A stretch of DNA of 64,000 nucleotides from Thermoproteota archaeon (GCA_026986575.1 JALSOH010000006.1:416001-480000); one strand, 5' to 3'; shown: positions 38,301 to 49,821, numbered from the stretch's first letter. Numbers and translations: made by a program. The notes: generated by a model from the letters alone, not told the origin.

Positions 38301-41300
38301 CACATCTAATCTCGATACCTCAGGTGATGACTTGGCCATAGGGGAGGAGGTCATGTTCCGCATCAAGATAACCCTGCCTGAAGGGGACATTCAGGACATG
38401 GTGTTGGAGGATACGTGGCCCCAAGGCTTCGGCTACCTGATTCACGAGATAGATAGCACCACATTAAACGGGAACCTGCCTACTCCAACGGTGAACGTGG
38501 ATGAGGTGAACAGGAAGCTGACGTTGAGTTTTAGCGGTGTAACGCATGTGAACGCGGACAACGATCCCAGCAACGATTACTTCTACGTAACTCTAGCTCT
38601 GAAGGTGCTGGATGATCCCAGCAATGTGGGATACCCGAGTAAGGGGGAGAAGGTAAACCAAGTCTCCCTGTCTTGGGATGGAGGCAAGCAGGTAACTGCC
38701 CAGAAGGAAGTGTACGTGGTAGAGCCCCACCTCGTCCTGTCTAAGGCCTTCAACGTCACGGTCGCTGACGCTGGCGACTGGGTTGAGGTTACTTTAACTC
38801 TCACTAACAACGGGCAGAGCCCAGCCTACGAGGTGAACGTTTCTGACGTGCTCGATGACGATGTGTTTGATCTCAACACAGTTACAGAGGTCTTGACGCC
38901 AGCTGGCTTCACATACGACTTCAATTCTGGCACTGGTGAGGTGAGCTACTCTGGTGACCGGATAGATGTAGGGGAGACCCTCACTTTCAGGTTCGCCGCG
39001 AAGCTGAGGGACGACGTGACTGCCCTCTCCAGCTATAACAACGTGGCCGAGGCGGAGGGGAGCAGCATGCCTGGCCATTTGGACGGGGAGAGGATCTACT
39101 CCGCTGAGGGTTCGGCCACGCTGGACATTGGCGAGGCGGTCCTGACCAAGCAGCTGGTCGACACCAGCGAGCCCACCACGACTGACAGCAAGGTGACGAT
39201 AGGAGAGATAATGATCTACAATTTGACGACATCCGTACCGGAGGGTGCTATCAAAAACCTGACCTTCTACGATATACTGCCGAGCAACTCAAACGTTCTG
39301 ATGTCATTCATGAACGCGAACATCACCACCAACAAGGGAGGGGTATCCAGCAGTGAGGTCACGCTCACTCCGGGCTCTTGGACCGAGATCACCCCAACTC
39401 AGACGGGCAACGTGTTAGCCTTCTACTTGGGCGACGTTACAAACACCAACGACGACGCGAAACAGGAGACCATAACTGTCCGGGTGAAGCTCCTCGTGCT
39501 CAATCTGGCTGAGAATCGGGCCGGTAGCCAGCTGGTCGATTCCTTCAAGATAGGGTACACCAATGCCTCCAACGATTACGTTTACAGCGAAGAGGTACAG
39601 CACACTCTGACCGTCGTTGAACCCCAGCTCTGGTCGGTCCTGACCGCGGACCCGGTAACGGTAGGTTGGAGCGGGGACGAGGTCGTGCTCCACATCAACG
39701 TGACCAACTTGGACACATCGACCTCGAGCCCAGCCTACGATCTGAATATATTATCACCACTCCCTCCCGAGTTCTCCGATCTCCAAGTGATGAGCATCGA
39801 CTCGTCCAACGCTGGCTCTATAACAGACTCATCCACTTCCGGCGAACTGAAACTGCGCTCCTCGTACCTCCAGCCCGGAGGATGGATCAACGTGACCTTC
39901 AGGGTGGTGCTCCAACCCAATGCGATCTTCGGTCAGAAGATAGAGATAGAGGCCTGCGCCAACGGTACAACCACCCCCGGAGATAGGGGAAGCTGGAACG
40001 AGATCCCCGGTGATCCGGGAGATCAGAATGGGGAGAGGATCGGGAACGGGGTCTCGCCCAATGACATAAGGGCTTGTGATCCAGCTTCTATCACGGTCGG
40101 TACGCCCAACGTGGAGAAGGATGTCCTCGCTCCCAAGGTGAGATACGCTCCAGGGGATCAGGTTAGGTACCAGATAACGATTGGTACCCCGAAGGGATCC
40201 ACCAGCGATCTGAAGGTCACTGACACACTAGCAGAGGGCCTCCTCTACTCCAATGATCTGGATGTGGAGGTGCCGAGTGGGGTTACATTCTCCAACACGC
40301 CAGGAGAATCACCACCCTTCTTCTCTCACACGGACACAGGAACCACCGAGATCCTGGTTTTCGATTTCGGCTCATTTACCAACTCGAATAGCGGTGGGGT
40401 GAACACCTACATAAGGTTCAGCGCCACCGTGGAGGACCATCCGAGCAATGTGGATGGGACGACCCTGAGCAACGAGGCGCTCCTAACCTACTTGGACAGC
40501 GACTCCAACGAGAAGGACGTGGGCCCCGCGACCGTAACCATCACGGTTGGGGAGCCGGAGCTGAGCGATCTCAGCAAGATCAGCCTATCCGACCTGAGGG
40601 GAGGACAGGTGAGCTGGTTCCTGCTCCGTTTCCGCAACTCCGGGAGCACAACTGCCTACGACACGAATGTCACTGATGTACTACCTCCAGAGCTCAAGGG
40701 AGATGTTCCGGAGGTCAGCTACGTGAAGGTAGGGGACAGGACCCTATCCCAGAGTGATTACGATCTCGATTACTACGAGACCAACGGTACTCTCAAGATC
40801 CACCTCATCACGCCTAGCGACGATTCGAGCGCGAGGATAGAGCCTGGTGAGCTGGTGGAAATAAAGATAGGTGCTAAGGCCCTCCCCCACGTTCCACTGA
40901 GCTACGGAGCGGTGAACTCCTTCGCCGTGAGCTACTCATCCAGACCGGGTGCTCCTGATGGGGAGAGGACCTACTCCACAGGACCGGCAAGCGCGACAGT
41001 CTACTCCCAAGACCCCGAGGTCAGCAAGGTGGTCCTCTCCACCGAGACGCCACCACCGGATCCAAACGATCCGACGAGAAGCAGGGCCAGAGTTGACGAG
41101 ACCATCATGTACAACGTCACCTTCAGGATGCCTCAAGGCACTTGGGCGGAGGATGTGGAGTTCCACGATACGATACCTGATGGCCTTGAGGTGATAAACG
41201 CCACGGCCAGAGGGATAAATGCGACGGGCCTCGTAACGGGAACGACCAGCATCACGGAGAGTGGTGGGAGGTATACGGTCACCGCTGCCTTCGGCAAGCT

Positions 41301-43116
41301 GGTTGATGCGGAGGTTAACGTCACGATATACGCTCGCGTGAAATACTACTACTCAGGCGGGTCGCCTGTGAGGGCCGGCGATGTGCTAATTGATGGCAAC
41401 GAGTCGAACCCCAGCTACTACTCTTGGAGCAACGGGGTCGAGACGAAGAGCGAGTACAGCAACGAGGTGACTACAGAGATAGTCAAGAGCGAGGCGAACC
41501 TGACTATTAGCAAGTCCTTTGATCCCAAACTACTGAGGTTCGGGGATGTCACGATAACCACCATAACTATCGCGAACGAAGGCAACGGGACCGTCTACCA
41601 GACCGTCCTCAGAGATGTGTTCTGCGACAGCTTCGAGTTCTTGAATGCAAGCGTGACGCCGATCGACGTCTCTGGAAACGTGATAACTTGGGAGATAGGT
41701 GAGTTGAGGCCGGGAGAGGAATGGACGGTCTCTGTAGCCTTTAAACTCTCAGCCTGCAGCTGCTTCAACAATAACGCCACAGTTTCCTACGTGAATCCCG
41801 GAGATCCATTCACCACGGAGGGGAGGAAGGCTCGGGACGATGTGAATGTGGTCGAGGAGCTGGACTTCGTCAATATGGCTGAACCGGAGTACCTTAAGCC
41901 AGGTGGTGCGGTCGGATTCAAGCTGCTAGTCCACAATCCCACGTGCACGGTGATCGAGAAGCTCAACTTCACCGACGAGCTGCCTGAGGGTCTCACATAC
42001 GTAAGCGGGAGTTCGAAGCTGAACGGAACTAGCGTGGATGATCCCAGCATATCCGATGGGGATCTGATCTGGAACACATCGCTCACCCTGAACCCCGGTG
42101 AGTCCTACCTCATGGAGTTCTCCGCTGAACTCTCTCCAGGTGCCAGTGGGGAGCTGACGGACTTGGGAGGCGTACTTGGGATCGGCAAGAATGGAATCGT
42201 GAGGGTGAACGACACGGCCTCAGTGACCGTTAGGGGAGAGAAGGGGGGTGTCCTGTTCTATAAAAGGGCCAGCCTAAGGGAAGTCAGCACTAACGGCACG
42301 GTCAAGTTCACTATAACGATCAAAAATGAATGGAACATCCCCATCGTGGATGTTGAGGTGTGGGACATACTTCCGTGCTGTATGACCTTTGAGAGAAGCT
42401 CTCCCGGATACCCCGAACCTGAGCATCCGAGCGAACTTCCACCGGGGACTGGGGTCATAAAAGTGACTAAGTTACCGGGGAGAGAGGTGGAGAGATTCAA
42501 AGGAGACAGGATACTCAAGTGGCACATAGATTCCATAGATCCCGGCGAGACAGTCACAATAGAGTTCGAGGCGAGGGTAAGGTACCCAGGATTATTGAAG
42601 AACACAGCTAAGGTGTTCTACAGGACCGAAGGCGGCCTTAAAGGTACAGGAAGATCCGATGTCCTGATTCTCGGCTACTCCTCACCTAAACTCGTGAAGA
42701 CTAGTAACTCTAGTTCTGAGGCAGGAATTAAGGGCGTTAATGAATTCAGCGGGAGCCACTCGATCTCAGAAGAAGTGAAGCGCTCTATAGGAAATGAGAG
42801 CAAAGAGGTATTGGTCACTACCTCAGAGCCGAGCTATACTAAGACGAAAGCCCCGACTGGGACCGAAGCTAAGGAGGCGGGCAAGAAGACTGAAACTAAA
42901 CCAAAATACACAACATCTTCAAGTGCTGAGGAGGCCCAGACTACTACCGAAAGTACCCCTGAGGTCACAACTGTCTCCAAGTCTCCCATGGATGAACTCA
43001 AGGGGACATTGCCCGCGATGGCTGGATTGGCATTCCTGCTCATTGTTGTACTTTTCCTATACTCGATGAGAAAGAGGACAAGGAGAAGGGGGGATTCGGT
43101 AGCTAGGATCCGGTAG
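35355..43116 (+). pseudogene. Giant DUF11/isopeptide-repeat surface protein (~2,590 codons) broken by at least three frameshifts
   Basis: Four consecutive ORFs (35355-36650, 36607-37902, 37899-38150, 38143-43116) share K...GD.V.F...N.G...A...DxLP.G repeats. The signal peptide is in the first and the TM anchor in the last. Frameshifts near 36526-36531, 37820 and 38100. Confidence 0.8.
38143..43116 (+). CDS. Intact 3' portion of the DUF11-repeat surface protein (1657 aa)
   Basis: Multiple DUF11-like repeats, S/T-rich linker, TM helix and basic tail; has no signal peptide of its own. Confidence 0.8.
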   Translation: MNDTVEAGETYQNTLNYEYTTLPGLSDYEKTFTGTYTADLKIKDPELVKEVQSTSNLDTSGDDLAIGEEVMFRIKITLPEGDIQDMVLEDTWPQGFGYLIHEIDSTTLNGNLPTPTVNVDEVNRKLTLSFSGVTHVNADNDPSNDYFYVTLALKVLDDPSNVGYPSKGEKVNQVSLSWDGGKQVTAQKEVYVVEPHLVLSKAFNVTVADAGDWVEVTLTLTNNGQSPAYEVNVSDVLDDDVFDLNTVTEVLTPAGFTYDFNSGTGEVSYSGDRIDVGETLTFRFAAKLRDDVTALSSYNNVAEAEGSSMPGHLDGERIYSAEGSATLDIGEAVLTKQLVDTSEPTTTDSKVTIGEIMIYNLTTSVPEGAIKNLTFYDILPSNSNVLMSFMNANITTNKGGVSSSEVTLTPGSWTEITPTQTGNVLAFYLGDVTNTNDDAKQETITVRVKLLVLNLAENRAGSQLVDSFKIGYTNASNDYVYSEEVQHTLTVVEPQLWSVLTADPVTVGWSGDEVVLHINVTNLDTSTSSPAYDLNILSPLPPEFSDLQVMSIDSSNAGSITDSSTSGELKLRSSYLQPGGWINVTFRVVLQPNAIFGQKIEIEACANGTTTPGDRGSWNEIPGDPGDQNGERIGNGVSPNDIRACDPASITVGTPNVEKDVLAPKVRYAPGDQVRYQITIGTPKGSTSDLKVTDTLAEGLLYSNDLDVEVPSGVTFSNTPGESPPFFSHTDTGTTEILVFDFGSFTNSNSGGVNTYIRFSATVEDHPSNVDGTTLSNEALLTYLDSDSNEKDVGPATVTITVGEPELSDLSKISLSDLRGGQVSWFLLRFRNSGSTTAYDTNVTDVLPPELKGDVPEVSYVKVGDRTLSQSDYDLDYYETNGTLKIHLITPSDDSSARIEPGELVEIKIGAKALPHVPLSYGAVNSFAVSYSSRPGAPDGERTYSTGPASATVYSQDPEVSKVVLSTETPPPDPNDPTRSRARVDETIMYNVTFRMPQGTWAEDVEFHDTIPDGLEVINATARGINATGLVTGTTSITESGGRYTVTAAFGKLVDAEVNVTIYARVKYYYSGGSPVRAGDVLIDGNESNPSYYSWSNGVETKSEYSNEVTTEIVKSEANLTISKSFDPKLLRFGDVTITTITIANEGNGTVYQTVLRDVFCDSFEFLNASVTPIDVSGNVITWEIGELRPGEEWTVSVAFKLSACSCFNNNATVSYVNPGDPFTTEGRKARDDVNVVEELDFVNMAEPEYLKPGGAVGFKLLVHNPTCTVIEKLNFTDELPEGLTYVSGSSKLNGTSVDDPSISDGDLIWNTSLTLNPGESYLMEFSAELSPGASGELTDLGGVLGIGKNGIVRVNDTASVTVRGEKGGVLFYKRASLREVSTNGTVKFTITIKNEWNIPIVDVEVWDILPCCMTFERSSPGYPEPEHPSELPPGTGVIKVTKLPGREVERFKGDRILKWHIDSIDPGETVTIEFEARVRYPGLLKNTAKVFYRTEGGLKGTGRSDVLILGYSSPKLVKTSNSSSEAGIKGVNEFSGSHSISEEVKRSIGNESKEVLVTTSEPSYTKTKAPTGTEAKEAGKKTETKPKYTTSSSAEEAQTTTESTPEVTTVSKSPMDELKGTLPAMAGLAFLLIVVLFLYSMRKRTRRRGDSVARIR

Positions 43117-43484
43117 CTACCTTTCCTCCGTTTTTCTTTTTAGGTAGACGCTGTTATTGAGGAGGATCCTTCCTACTTCCCTTTAAGACAAAGGAGAGAG
43201 GCGACTGAGGAAGCTGCCTATCCTTGCACTGGCGGAGTTTTATAACAGACATGGACTGAATTTGCAAGGTGTGGGTTGAGTTAGTATTCGAGGGATCAGA
43301 TACCCAGTTTTGAAGGCCCTCTCTCCTGTTTTCTACGGAGTACCTCTCCTCTCGTTTAGAGGATATGTAGTTTTTCGCGTAGACAAGATGCTCTTCATAG
43401 TGAGCGCTGACATGACATGGAAACAACTCCTGCAGGGCGATAACCTTATACAACTTTCCCTCATTGACTTAATTGACTTACAAG

Positions 43485-43899
43485 ATGCTAGACGAACAGG
43501 AGTATGATAAATGGATAACTATGGCGAAAAGGACGCTAGAATCAGCGAAGAGAGATCTCTCTGGTGGGGACTATAATTGGGCCTGCTTCAAGTCCCAACA
43601 AGCGGCCGAGTTTGCGGTGAAGGCCCTTCTCTGGGGAATTGGCAGGCCTAAATATGGGCATGTGGTCTATAAACTCGTAGTGGAGCTCGGTAATGTATCT
43701 GAAGAAATTGTAGAAATTTTGTAAGAGGCTTGACAAGTTCTATACAGCTCCTAGATACGCGGACATGTGGAGTGAAGGCGCCCCTTTCGAATATTACTCA
43801 AGAAAAGAGGCAGAGGAGGCAATTTATTATGCAAGAAGGGTACTAAAGTTCGTTGAAGGGAGATGGAAGTCATTGAAAGAAGGAAGAAGGAGAGAATAG
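43485..43899 (+). pseudogene. HEPN domain protein, frameshifted
   Basis: YNWACFKSQQAAE...GH in frame 1; after GAAATTTT (43713-43720) the +1 frame reads CKRLDKFYTAPRYAD...YSRKEAEEAI. Confidence 0.85.
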
Positions 43900-44240
43900 A
43901 ACTTGCTATGGAGTTCGTTAGATCCCTCGAGGAACTGCGTCCTCTCACCGCGATCGTTATAGGATCAACCGCACGGGGATATTTCAATGAATGGAGTGAT
44001 ATCGATGTGGTGATAATCTCGAACAAGTTCCCGGACGACCCCCTCCGGAGATTCGATCTAGTAGAGAAGCCTCTTAGACCAGGCATAGAACCCATTCCTC
44101 TTAGAATGAGCGATCTTCTACGATTGGTTAGGAAAAGGGCGCCTGTGGTAGAGGACATGAGACAAGGGGTCTTCTTGGTGGACGAGCTAGGCGTCAGGAA
44201 GATCTTGGAACAGGTGCATGAGAACGAAAGAGAGAAATAA
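43863..44240 (+). CDS. Minimal nucleotidyltransferase (MNT)
   Basis: GSTARG...SDIDVV; overlaps the HEPN gene. Confidence 0.9.
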   Translation: MEVIERRKKERIELAMEFVRSLEELRPLTAIVIGSTARGYFNEWSDIDVVIISNKFPDDPLRRFDLVEKPLRPGIEPIPLRMSDLLRLVRKRAPVVEDMRQGVFLVDELGVRKILEQVHENEREK

Positions 44241-44308
44241 AGAGATCGGAGAGATGGGATGAATCTGAGGAGCTACCAATGAGATCTAATACCTGTCTGC
44301 TTTGAAGT

Positions 44309-45883
44309 TCAGACGATCTCTAACGAGTACTTCCTCCTTACCGATTCTAAATCCTCCCTTAGCAGCTTCATTGCCCGCGGCAGGTAAGCCATTATATCGC
44401 CTGCGGTCATTCCATCCTCTCCCAGCTCCTCGGCAGCTATATCGCCCGCTAACCCGTGGACGAAGACCCCCATCCTCACCGCCTCCCCTACCTCGAACCC
44501 TATCCCGTACATCGCTGCTACCGTGCCAGTCAGCACGTCTCCAGAGCCAGCGGTCGCCATTCCCGGATTTCCGGTCATATTAAGGTATACCCTGCCGTCT
44601 GGGAAGGCGATGATGCTGTGAGCCCCCTTCAGCACCAAGTAAGTGTTGTACTCGCTGGCAAATCTCCTAGCGACACCCACCTTATCCAAATCTATCTCCG
44701 CCACGCTCAGACCCGTTAGACGGGACATCTCTCCCATGTGGGGGGTTAGCACGGTGGGCGCTGACCTGCTCTTTAGGACCTCTGGATCCCTCGAGATGGC
44801 TGTGAGTCCGTCTCCGTCTATTATGACTGGCCTGTCTATGCGCGATGTCAACTTCCTTATCAGCTCTTGGGTCTCCTCGTTCAGGGAGGTGCCCGGGCCG
44901 AGCGCCACCACATCTATGTCATACCTATCTATGACCTCCAGTATGTAGTCTTCGTTCTCCATGGAGATGGACCCGGCCTTGGTCTCTTTTAGGGGGATGT
45001 ACACAACCTCGCTGGCCTTCGATGCTATGTGGGGTATTATGGACTCGGGAGCCGCGAGCCTAGAGTAACCGCCTCCTGCCCTCATGAACGACAGGGCAGT
45101 GAAGTAAGGAGCCCCGTAATAGTTCCGGGCCCCTGCTACGGTCAGCAGCTTCCCGAAGGTACCCTTATGTCCCCATTTCACCCTCTCCGGTAAGAGTAGG
45201 GGGTCATTCAGTTCCGTCTTCAAGTGGGAGTACATCTCCGGGGGGAAGGATATGTGACACACGTAGAGCCTGCCGCAGTAGTCGTAACCAGGGTAGAGCA
45301 CATTACCAAGCTTGGGCAGGCCGAAGGTGACTGTGTAATCGGCCTTGACCGCGACTCCGTAAACCCTCCCGTCGTCTCCCCCTATACCTGAGGGAATGTC
45401 GACAGCGAACACCACCTTTCCAGAGGAGTTTATGGCCAGGATCGCATCCCTGTATATCCCCCCAACCTCCCTGGCCAGGCCTGTGCCGAAGATACCGTCT
45501 ATCACCGCGTCGGACCACTCCAACCCCTCGATGAGGGACTCTATGCCCTCGTCCCTGACTTTGTGCATCTCCAGACCTATCTTCTCCGCGATCTCGTAGT
45601 TCTTCTTGGCGGAACCCCTGAACTTAGCCGGGTCTCCCACCAAGTAGACCCTGACTTCACCACCATTGGAGTGGAGCTTCCTGGCCACCACAAGAGCATC
45701 TCCACCGTTGTTTCCTGAGCCAGCGACCACCGCGAATCTCTTGCCTCGGACCCCAAGCTCCTTCTCTATCACGAAGAAGAGCGCATTTCCAGCGTTCTCC
45801 ATGAGGAGATCCTGATCGATTCCGTACCTCTCCATGGCGGTGGAATCGAGGACCCTCATCTCCTCCACGGTACTGACCTTCAA
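44309..45883 (-). CDS. nnr: Bifunctional NAD(P)HX epimerase/dehydratase
   Basis: [47 protein letters not shown]. Confidence 0.95.
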   Translation of the reverse strand: MKVSTVEEMRVLDSTAMERYGIDQDLLMENAGNALFFVIEKELGVRGKRFAVVAGSGNNGGDALVVARKLHSNGGEVRVYLVGDPAKFRGSAKKNYEIAEKIGLEMHKVRDEGIESLIEGLEWSDAVIDGIFGTGLAREVGGIYRDAILAINSSGKVVFAVDIPSGIGGDDGRVYGVAVKADYTVTFGLPKLGNVLYPGYDYCGRLYVCHISFPPEMYSHLKTELNDPLLLPERVKWGHKGTFGKLLTVAGARNYYGAPYFTALSFMRAGGGYSRLAAPESIIPHIASKASEVVYIPLKETKAGSISMENEDYILEVIDRYDIDVVALGPGTSLNEETQELIRKLTSRIDRPVIIDGDGLTAISRDPEVLKSRSAPTVLTPHMGEMSRLTGLSVAEIDLDKVGVARRFASEYNTYLVLKGAHSIIAFPDGRVYLNMTGNPGMATAGSGDVLTGTVAAMYGIGFEVGEAVRMGVFVHGLAGDIAAEELGEDGMTAGDIMAYLPRAMKLLREDLESVRRKYSLEIV

Positions 45884-45957
45884 GGCGACACCCGCGAAAT
45901 AGGAGGGACCTTCAATATTGTGATTTCCATGTCCTTTTAAGGCCCGGTCTCCATTGA

Positions 45958-46884
45958 ATGGGGGATCGCATGCACCTCCGACCCGAAGACACGGAGATGG
46001 AGTTCATTCGCTTCGTGAGGAGCGCTCATCTCAATGCTTACGGAACCCTTTACGGCGGCTGGATGATGAGGTGGATAGTCGACGCCGCATCAACCGTTGC
46101 CGTGAGGCTCGCTAGGGGGCCAGCTGTTCTGGGATACGTGGATGACCTCCATTTCCTCTCCCCGATAATGCCGGGGGAGCTGGCCATCTACAGGGCTAGG
46201 GCTGAACATACCTCCAAGCATAGCATCGTCGTGAGCGTGGAGGTGTGGGCTGAGGATCCAGTATCAGGTGAGAGAAAGCCAGCGACCTTCTCCATGCTCT
46301 CCTATGTGGCGGTGGATGGTAAGGGGAGGCCCAGAGAACTCCCCGTAGGCATAATAGGGACTGAGATGGGGAGGCAATTCTATGAAAACGTCAAGGAGAG
46401 GATAGCTGACAGGGGGCAGAGGGGTCAGGATGTGAATGTGGAGGGCTATGAACTTGTCACGAGCACTTTAGTTAGAGAGGAGCATCTGGTGAACGCGGAC
46501 CTAATGTACGCGGGGTACCTTCTATTCCTCTTGGATGAGGTAGGATCAATAACCGCCCTAAAGTACTCGAGAGGTCCAGCAGTTACTGCCTGCTTGGACA
46601 GGCTTGCCTTCTACACCCCCATGAGGAAGGGGGATGTAGTCCACTTCTACTCCAAGATCACCAAGGTATGGAACACATCCATGGAGATCTCGGTGAAAAC
46701 GCTGGTGGAGAAGCCCGAGGGATTGAGACACGCAACCACCTCTTACATGGTCTTCGTGGCCATGGGGGAGAAGGGACCTAGGAGGATTCCGCCCATGGAA
46801 GACGGCGATCCGGAGGCAGACAGAAGGAGAGAGGAGAGGTTTAGGATACTTCAGAGGATCAGGGAGCTGATGAGCTCACGTTGA
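45958..46884 (+). CDS. Double-hotdog acyl-CoA thioesterase
   Basis: N.YG.LYGG..M...D and N...MYAG...LDE, duplicated. Confidence 0.88.
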   Translation: MGDRMHLRPEDTEMEFIRFVRSAHLNAYGTLYGGWMMRWIVDAASTVAVRLARGPAVLGYVDDLHFLSPIMPGELAIYRARAEHTSKHSIVVSVEVWAEDPVSGERKPATFSMLSYVAVDGKGRPRELPVGIIGTEMGRQFYENVKERIADRGQRGQDVNVEGYELVTSTLVREEHLVNADLMYAGYLLFLLDEVGSITALKYSRGPAVTACLDRLAFYTPMRKGDVVHFYSKITKVWNTSMEISVKTLVEKPEGLRHATTSYMVFVAMGEKGPRRIPPMEDGDPEADRRREERFRILQRIRELMSSR

Positions 46885-46955
46885 TGTAGAGGGTGAATAT
46901 TCCCCTCCCATCCATGGAGGCTCCTCCCCAAAGCTCCCGGAGATTCGGCCTCCCT

Positions 46956-48053
46956 CTACGACAATAACTGTTTAATGATGCTGGGCGTCGTCTTCAGTCC
47001 AGAGCCAGTGAGTAAGAGGACGACTCTATCCCCCCGATCCACCCCTCCCATTTCGACCTGCTTCTTGTAGCAGGCGAGGGGAACAGCTGAGGTCGGCTCC
47101 ACGAATATTCCCCTTCTAGCTAGTTGATGGAAGGCATCTGCTATCTCCTCCTCCCCAACTACCTCAACGGACCCTCCCATCTCTCGGAGCTTCTCCACCA
47201 TGAGATCTAGCAGGGGAGGCTTAGTCACGATCAAGGCATCTGCTATTGTCTTCAGCCTCTCAGGTGGAGTGTATGGCTCGCCCCTGAACCTATGATAGAG
47301 CGGAGACACTACCTCGGTCTGACAGGCTACCACCTCAGGGAAAGGACCGCCCAGATGCTTGAGCCCCTCCAAAATACCCAAGAGTCCAGTTCCCGAAGAT
47401 ACCGGGACGTAAATCCTGTCCGGTGGGGTCCAGTTGAGTTGCTCCACTATCTCGTAGGCGAGGGTCCTCATCCCATCCCTGAAGATGGGGTGCCACGCAT
47501 GACCCACGTACACCTTCCCCTGCTCGGACCTCATAGCCTCCTCCGATACCCTCTCTCTACTCCCCTCGACTCTAACCAGCTCGGCCCCGTAGGCCATTAT
47601 CTGATCTATCTTGTGACCAGAGATGCTCGCTGGCACATAGATCCTCGCCTTAATTCTGGCTCTCGCAGCGTAGGCTGCTATGGAAGCTCCGGCATTTCCG
47701 GACGAGTCTTCAGCTATGAACCCTGTAACTCGATCGCGAATAGCCGAGATTATGGTCGACGCCCCTCTATCCTTGAAAGAGCCGGTAGGATTGAGGAAAT
47801 CCATCTTGACGTATACATTGCTCTCAAACCTCAGGAGGGGAGTCCACCCCTCCCCCAAGGTGACAATACTCCGTTTCTCTATGTATGGAAAGAAGTTCAC
47901 ATACCTCCACATGGAGGCAGTATCTACCAAGTCCTCCCTTCTGAATTCCCCCGGCTGCATGGGGATATCGAGCGGAGATCCGCAGTTGCACCTGAACCTG
48001 AGTGGGTCATCGTACTCCCTACCGCAGGAGGGACACCTCGTCACGTACTCCAC
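46956..48053 (-). CDS. thrC: Threonine synthase (PLP-dependent)
   Basis: LGEGWTPL, NPTGSFKDRG, SSGNAG, EPTSA, LTGSGLK. Confidence 0.88.
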   Translation of the reverse strand: MEYVTRCPSCGREYDDPLRFRCNCGSPLDIPMQPGEFRREDLVDTASMWRYVNFFPYIEKRSIVTLGEGWTPLLRFESNVYVKMDFLNPTGSFKDRGASTIISAIRDRVTGFIAEDSSGNAGASIAAYAARARIKARIYVPASISGHKIDQIMAYGAELVRVEGSRERVSEEAMRSEQGKVYVGHAWHPIFRDGMRTLAYEIVEQLNWTPPDRIYVPVSSGTGLLGILEGLKHLGGPFPEVVACQTEVVSPLYHRFRGEPYTPPERLKTIADALIVTKPPLLDLMVEKLREMGGSVEVVGEEEIADAFHQLARRGIFVEPTSAVPLACYKKQVEMGGVDRGDRVVLLLTGSGLKTTPSIIKQLLS

Positions 48054-48320
48054 TCAACCACCCTCCGAGGCCAGCTCTCCCCTCTCCTCCAACTCCTTTG
48101 CTAGCTTTTCCACATCCTCCGGCGATCCGGCAGTGAGCAACACGTAACCGATCCATCCCAGAACCACCAGCAGCACTAATACGATTAAGAGAGCTGTCAG
48201 CTTCAAAGTGAGGGTCGGGATCGGCTCTGGCGCCAGGAAAAGCAGGTAAATATATAGCGCGGCTGCTACGGCAGAGATCACGATCAAGAGGAAACCCAGA
48301 AGTTTCTCCTTCATCTCCAA
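48054..48320 (-). CDS. Small two-TM membrane protein
   Basis: Two hydrophobic helices, WIGY motif, acidic tail. Confidence 0.7.
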   Translation of the reverse strand: MEMKEKLLGFLLIVISAVAAALYIYLLFLAPEPIPTLTLKLTALLIVLVLLVVLGWIGYVLLTAGSPEDVEKLAKELEERGELASEGG

Positions 48321-48407
48321 TCGGAGGGTAAGGAGATCAAGATAATATAACTTTGGGGCCTCTCACCGCAGTGACCTTTAATGTAGAAGGCTTTGAATTC
48401 CTTAGAG

Positions 48408-49031
48408 ATGACATTGTCCGTGGACAGGAAACTCTGGGTCAGAAGGAGGGAAAGCACTCTAGCTGAGCTTAGATCGCATATGGAGGCGGGGAGGGTGGAC
48501 GAGGACGTTATCTCGCTACTTAACATCATAAACTCGCTGGATTACGCCTTCACCACCAGCAGCTGCTCTGGCAGGATTCAGGTGTATGCGGCCAACGAGC
48601 CCGGAGAAAAGTTCGGCATCAGGACCTTGGGGAAGTGGCACTCTCCTATAACTCCAAGAGAATTGACGGAGACGCTGGAAGATAAGGCTGACTCCATATG
48701 GCTTGCAGTCCTCCCCCCTATAGTTCATATAGCGGTCTGCAGCGTGAAGGCGGCCTTCCACCTGCTGGGACTGCTGAGGTCGGCTGGCTTCAAGAGGGCC
48801 GGGATAATCTCCGCATCGGAGGACGGGATCACTTTGGAGGCAATAGGCACCGAGAGGATGGAAGCTCCCCTGAGGCTGTCCGGTGTGGACATCTTCAGGG
48901 AGGATGCGATCCCCTTAATAGTTGAGAGGGCCAACTCACTACTGATCAGGTCGAAGAGGAGGATCCTCAGACTTGAGGAGGTGCTGATGGGTGAGATTGC
49001 CGGAGGCTTGGATAATCTCTGTTGGGAATGA
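48408..49031 (+). CDS. taw3: tRNA(Phe) wyosine-derivative methyltransferase Taw3/TYW3
   Basis: VDEDV..LL..IN, FTTSSCSGRI, KWH, PPIVH, AGFK. Confidence 0.92.
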   Translation: MTLSVDRKLWVRRRESTLAELRSHMEAGRVDEDVISLLNIINSLDYAFTTSSCSGRIQVYAANEPGEKFGIRTLGKWHSPITPRELTETLEDKADSIWLAVLPPIVHIAVCSVKAAFHLLGLLRSAGFKRAGIISASEDGITLEAIGTERMEAPLRLSGVDIFREDAIPLIVERANSLLIRSKRRILRLEEVLMGEIAGGLDNLCWE

Positions 49032-49821
49032 ACTGCTGAACGGTAGGATAGTGAATACGAACCTAAGCTGGCTTGCGAGGAAGCTCACTATAGATGGATA
49101 CCTAGTGAGGGCCGCTATAGCCGTTAGGGACGATTGTAATGACATCGTATGGGCGTTCAGGACCGCTCTTGATAGGGGAGCTGATCTAGTGATCTCCACA
49201 GGTGGGCTGGGTCCCACGTTCGATGACAAGACATCAGAGTGCCTAAGCAAGGCGCTGGGGAGGAGGCATGTGGTGAACGAGGAAGCACTTAGAATGGTGG
49301 AGGAGAAGTACAGGGAGAGAAACCTCCCCATGACAGAGCACAGGGTGAAGATGGCTATGATGCCTGAAGGGGCCGAACCAATAAAGAACGAAGTGGGAAC
49401 GGCACCGGGCATCTTGGTCAGGGAGAGGGACGCGCTGATAATAGTGCTGCCTGGCGTTCCCAAGGAGATGAAGGACATATTCGAGAGGGTTGAACCCCTG
49501 ATCAGGGAGAGGGCTCCTCCCCTCCACTACGTAAGCAAGGACTTGGTGGTGAGAGGAGTGCCAGAATCGGCTGCCGCTCCTCTCATTGAGAGGGTGATGA
49601 AGGAATTCCCTGTCTACATAAAGAGCCACCCTCATGGCCACGAGATCCGAAAGCCCGTGCTGAAGATAAACATCACCGCCTCATCTCCTGAAGGGGATGA
49701 GGCAGAGAGGATCGTGGAAGCAGCGCTGGAAAAGCTTAAGGATCTCCTGATCGAGGAGGGAGGGGAAGTAGAGGGTATAGAGGATGCCGAACAGGGTGAA
49801 GCTGATAGTTCTCGACCTTGA
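48991..49821 (+). CDS. CinA-like molybdopterin-binding-domain protein
   Basis: VGNELLNG...NTN, TGGLGPTFDD, GTAPG, LPGVPKEM. Confidence 0.9.
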   Translation: MRLPEAWIISVGNELLNGRIVNTNLSWLARKLTIDGYLVRAAIAVRDDCNDIVWAFRTALDRGADLVISTGGLGPTFDDKTSECLSKALGRRHVVNEEALRMVEEKYRERNLPMTEHRVKMAMMPEGAEPIKNEVGTAPGILVRERDALIIVLPGVPKEMKDIFERVEPLIRERAPPLHYVSKDLVVRGVPESAAAPLIERVMKEFPVYIKSHPHGHEIRKPVLKINITASSPEGDEAERIVEAALEKLKDLLIEEGGEVEGIEDAEQGEADSSRP

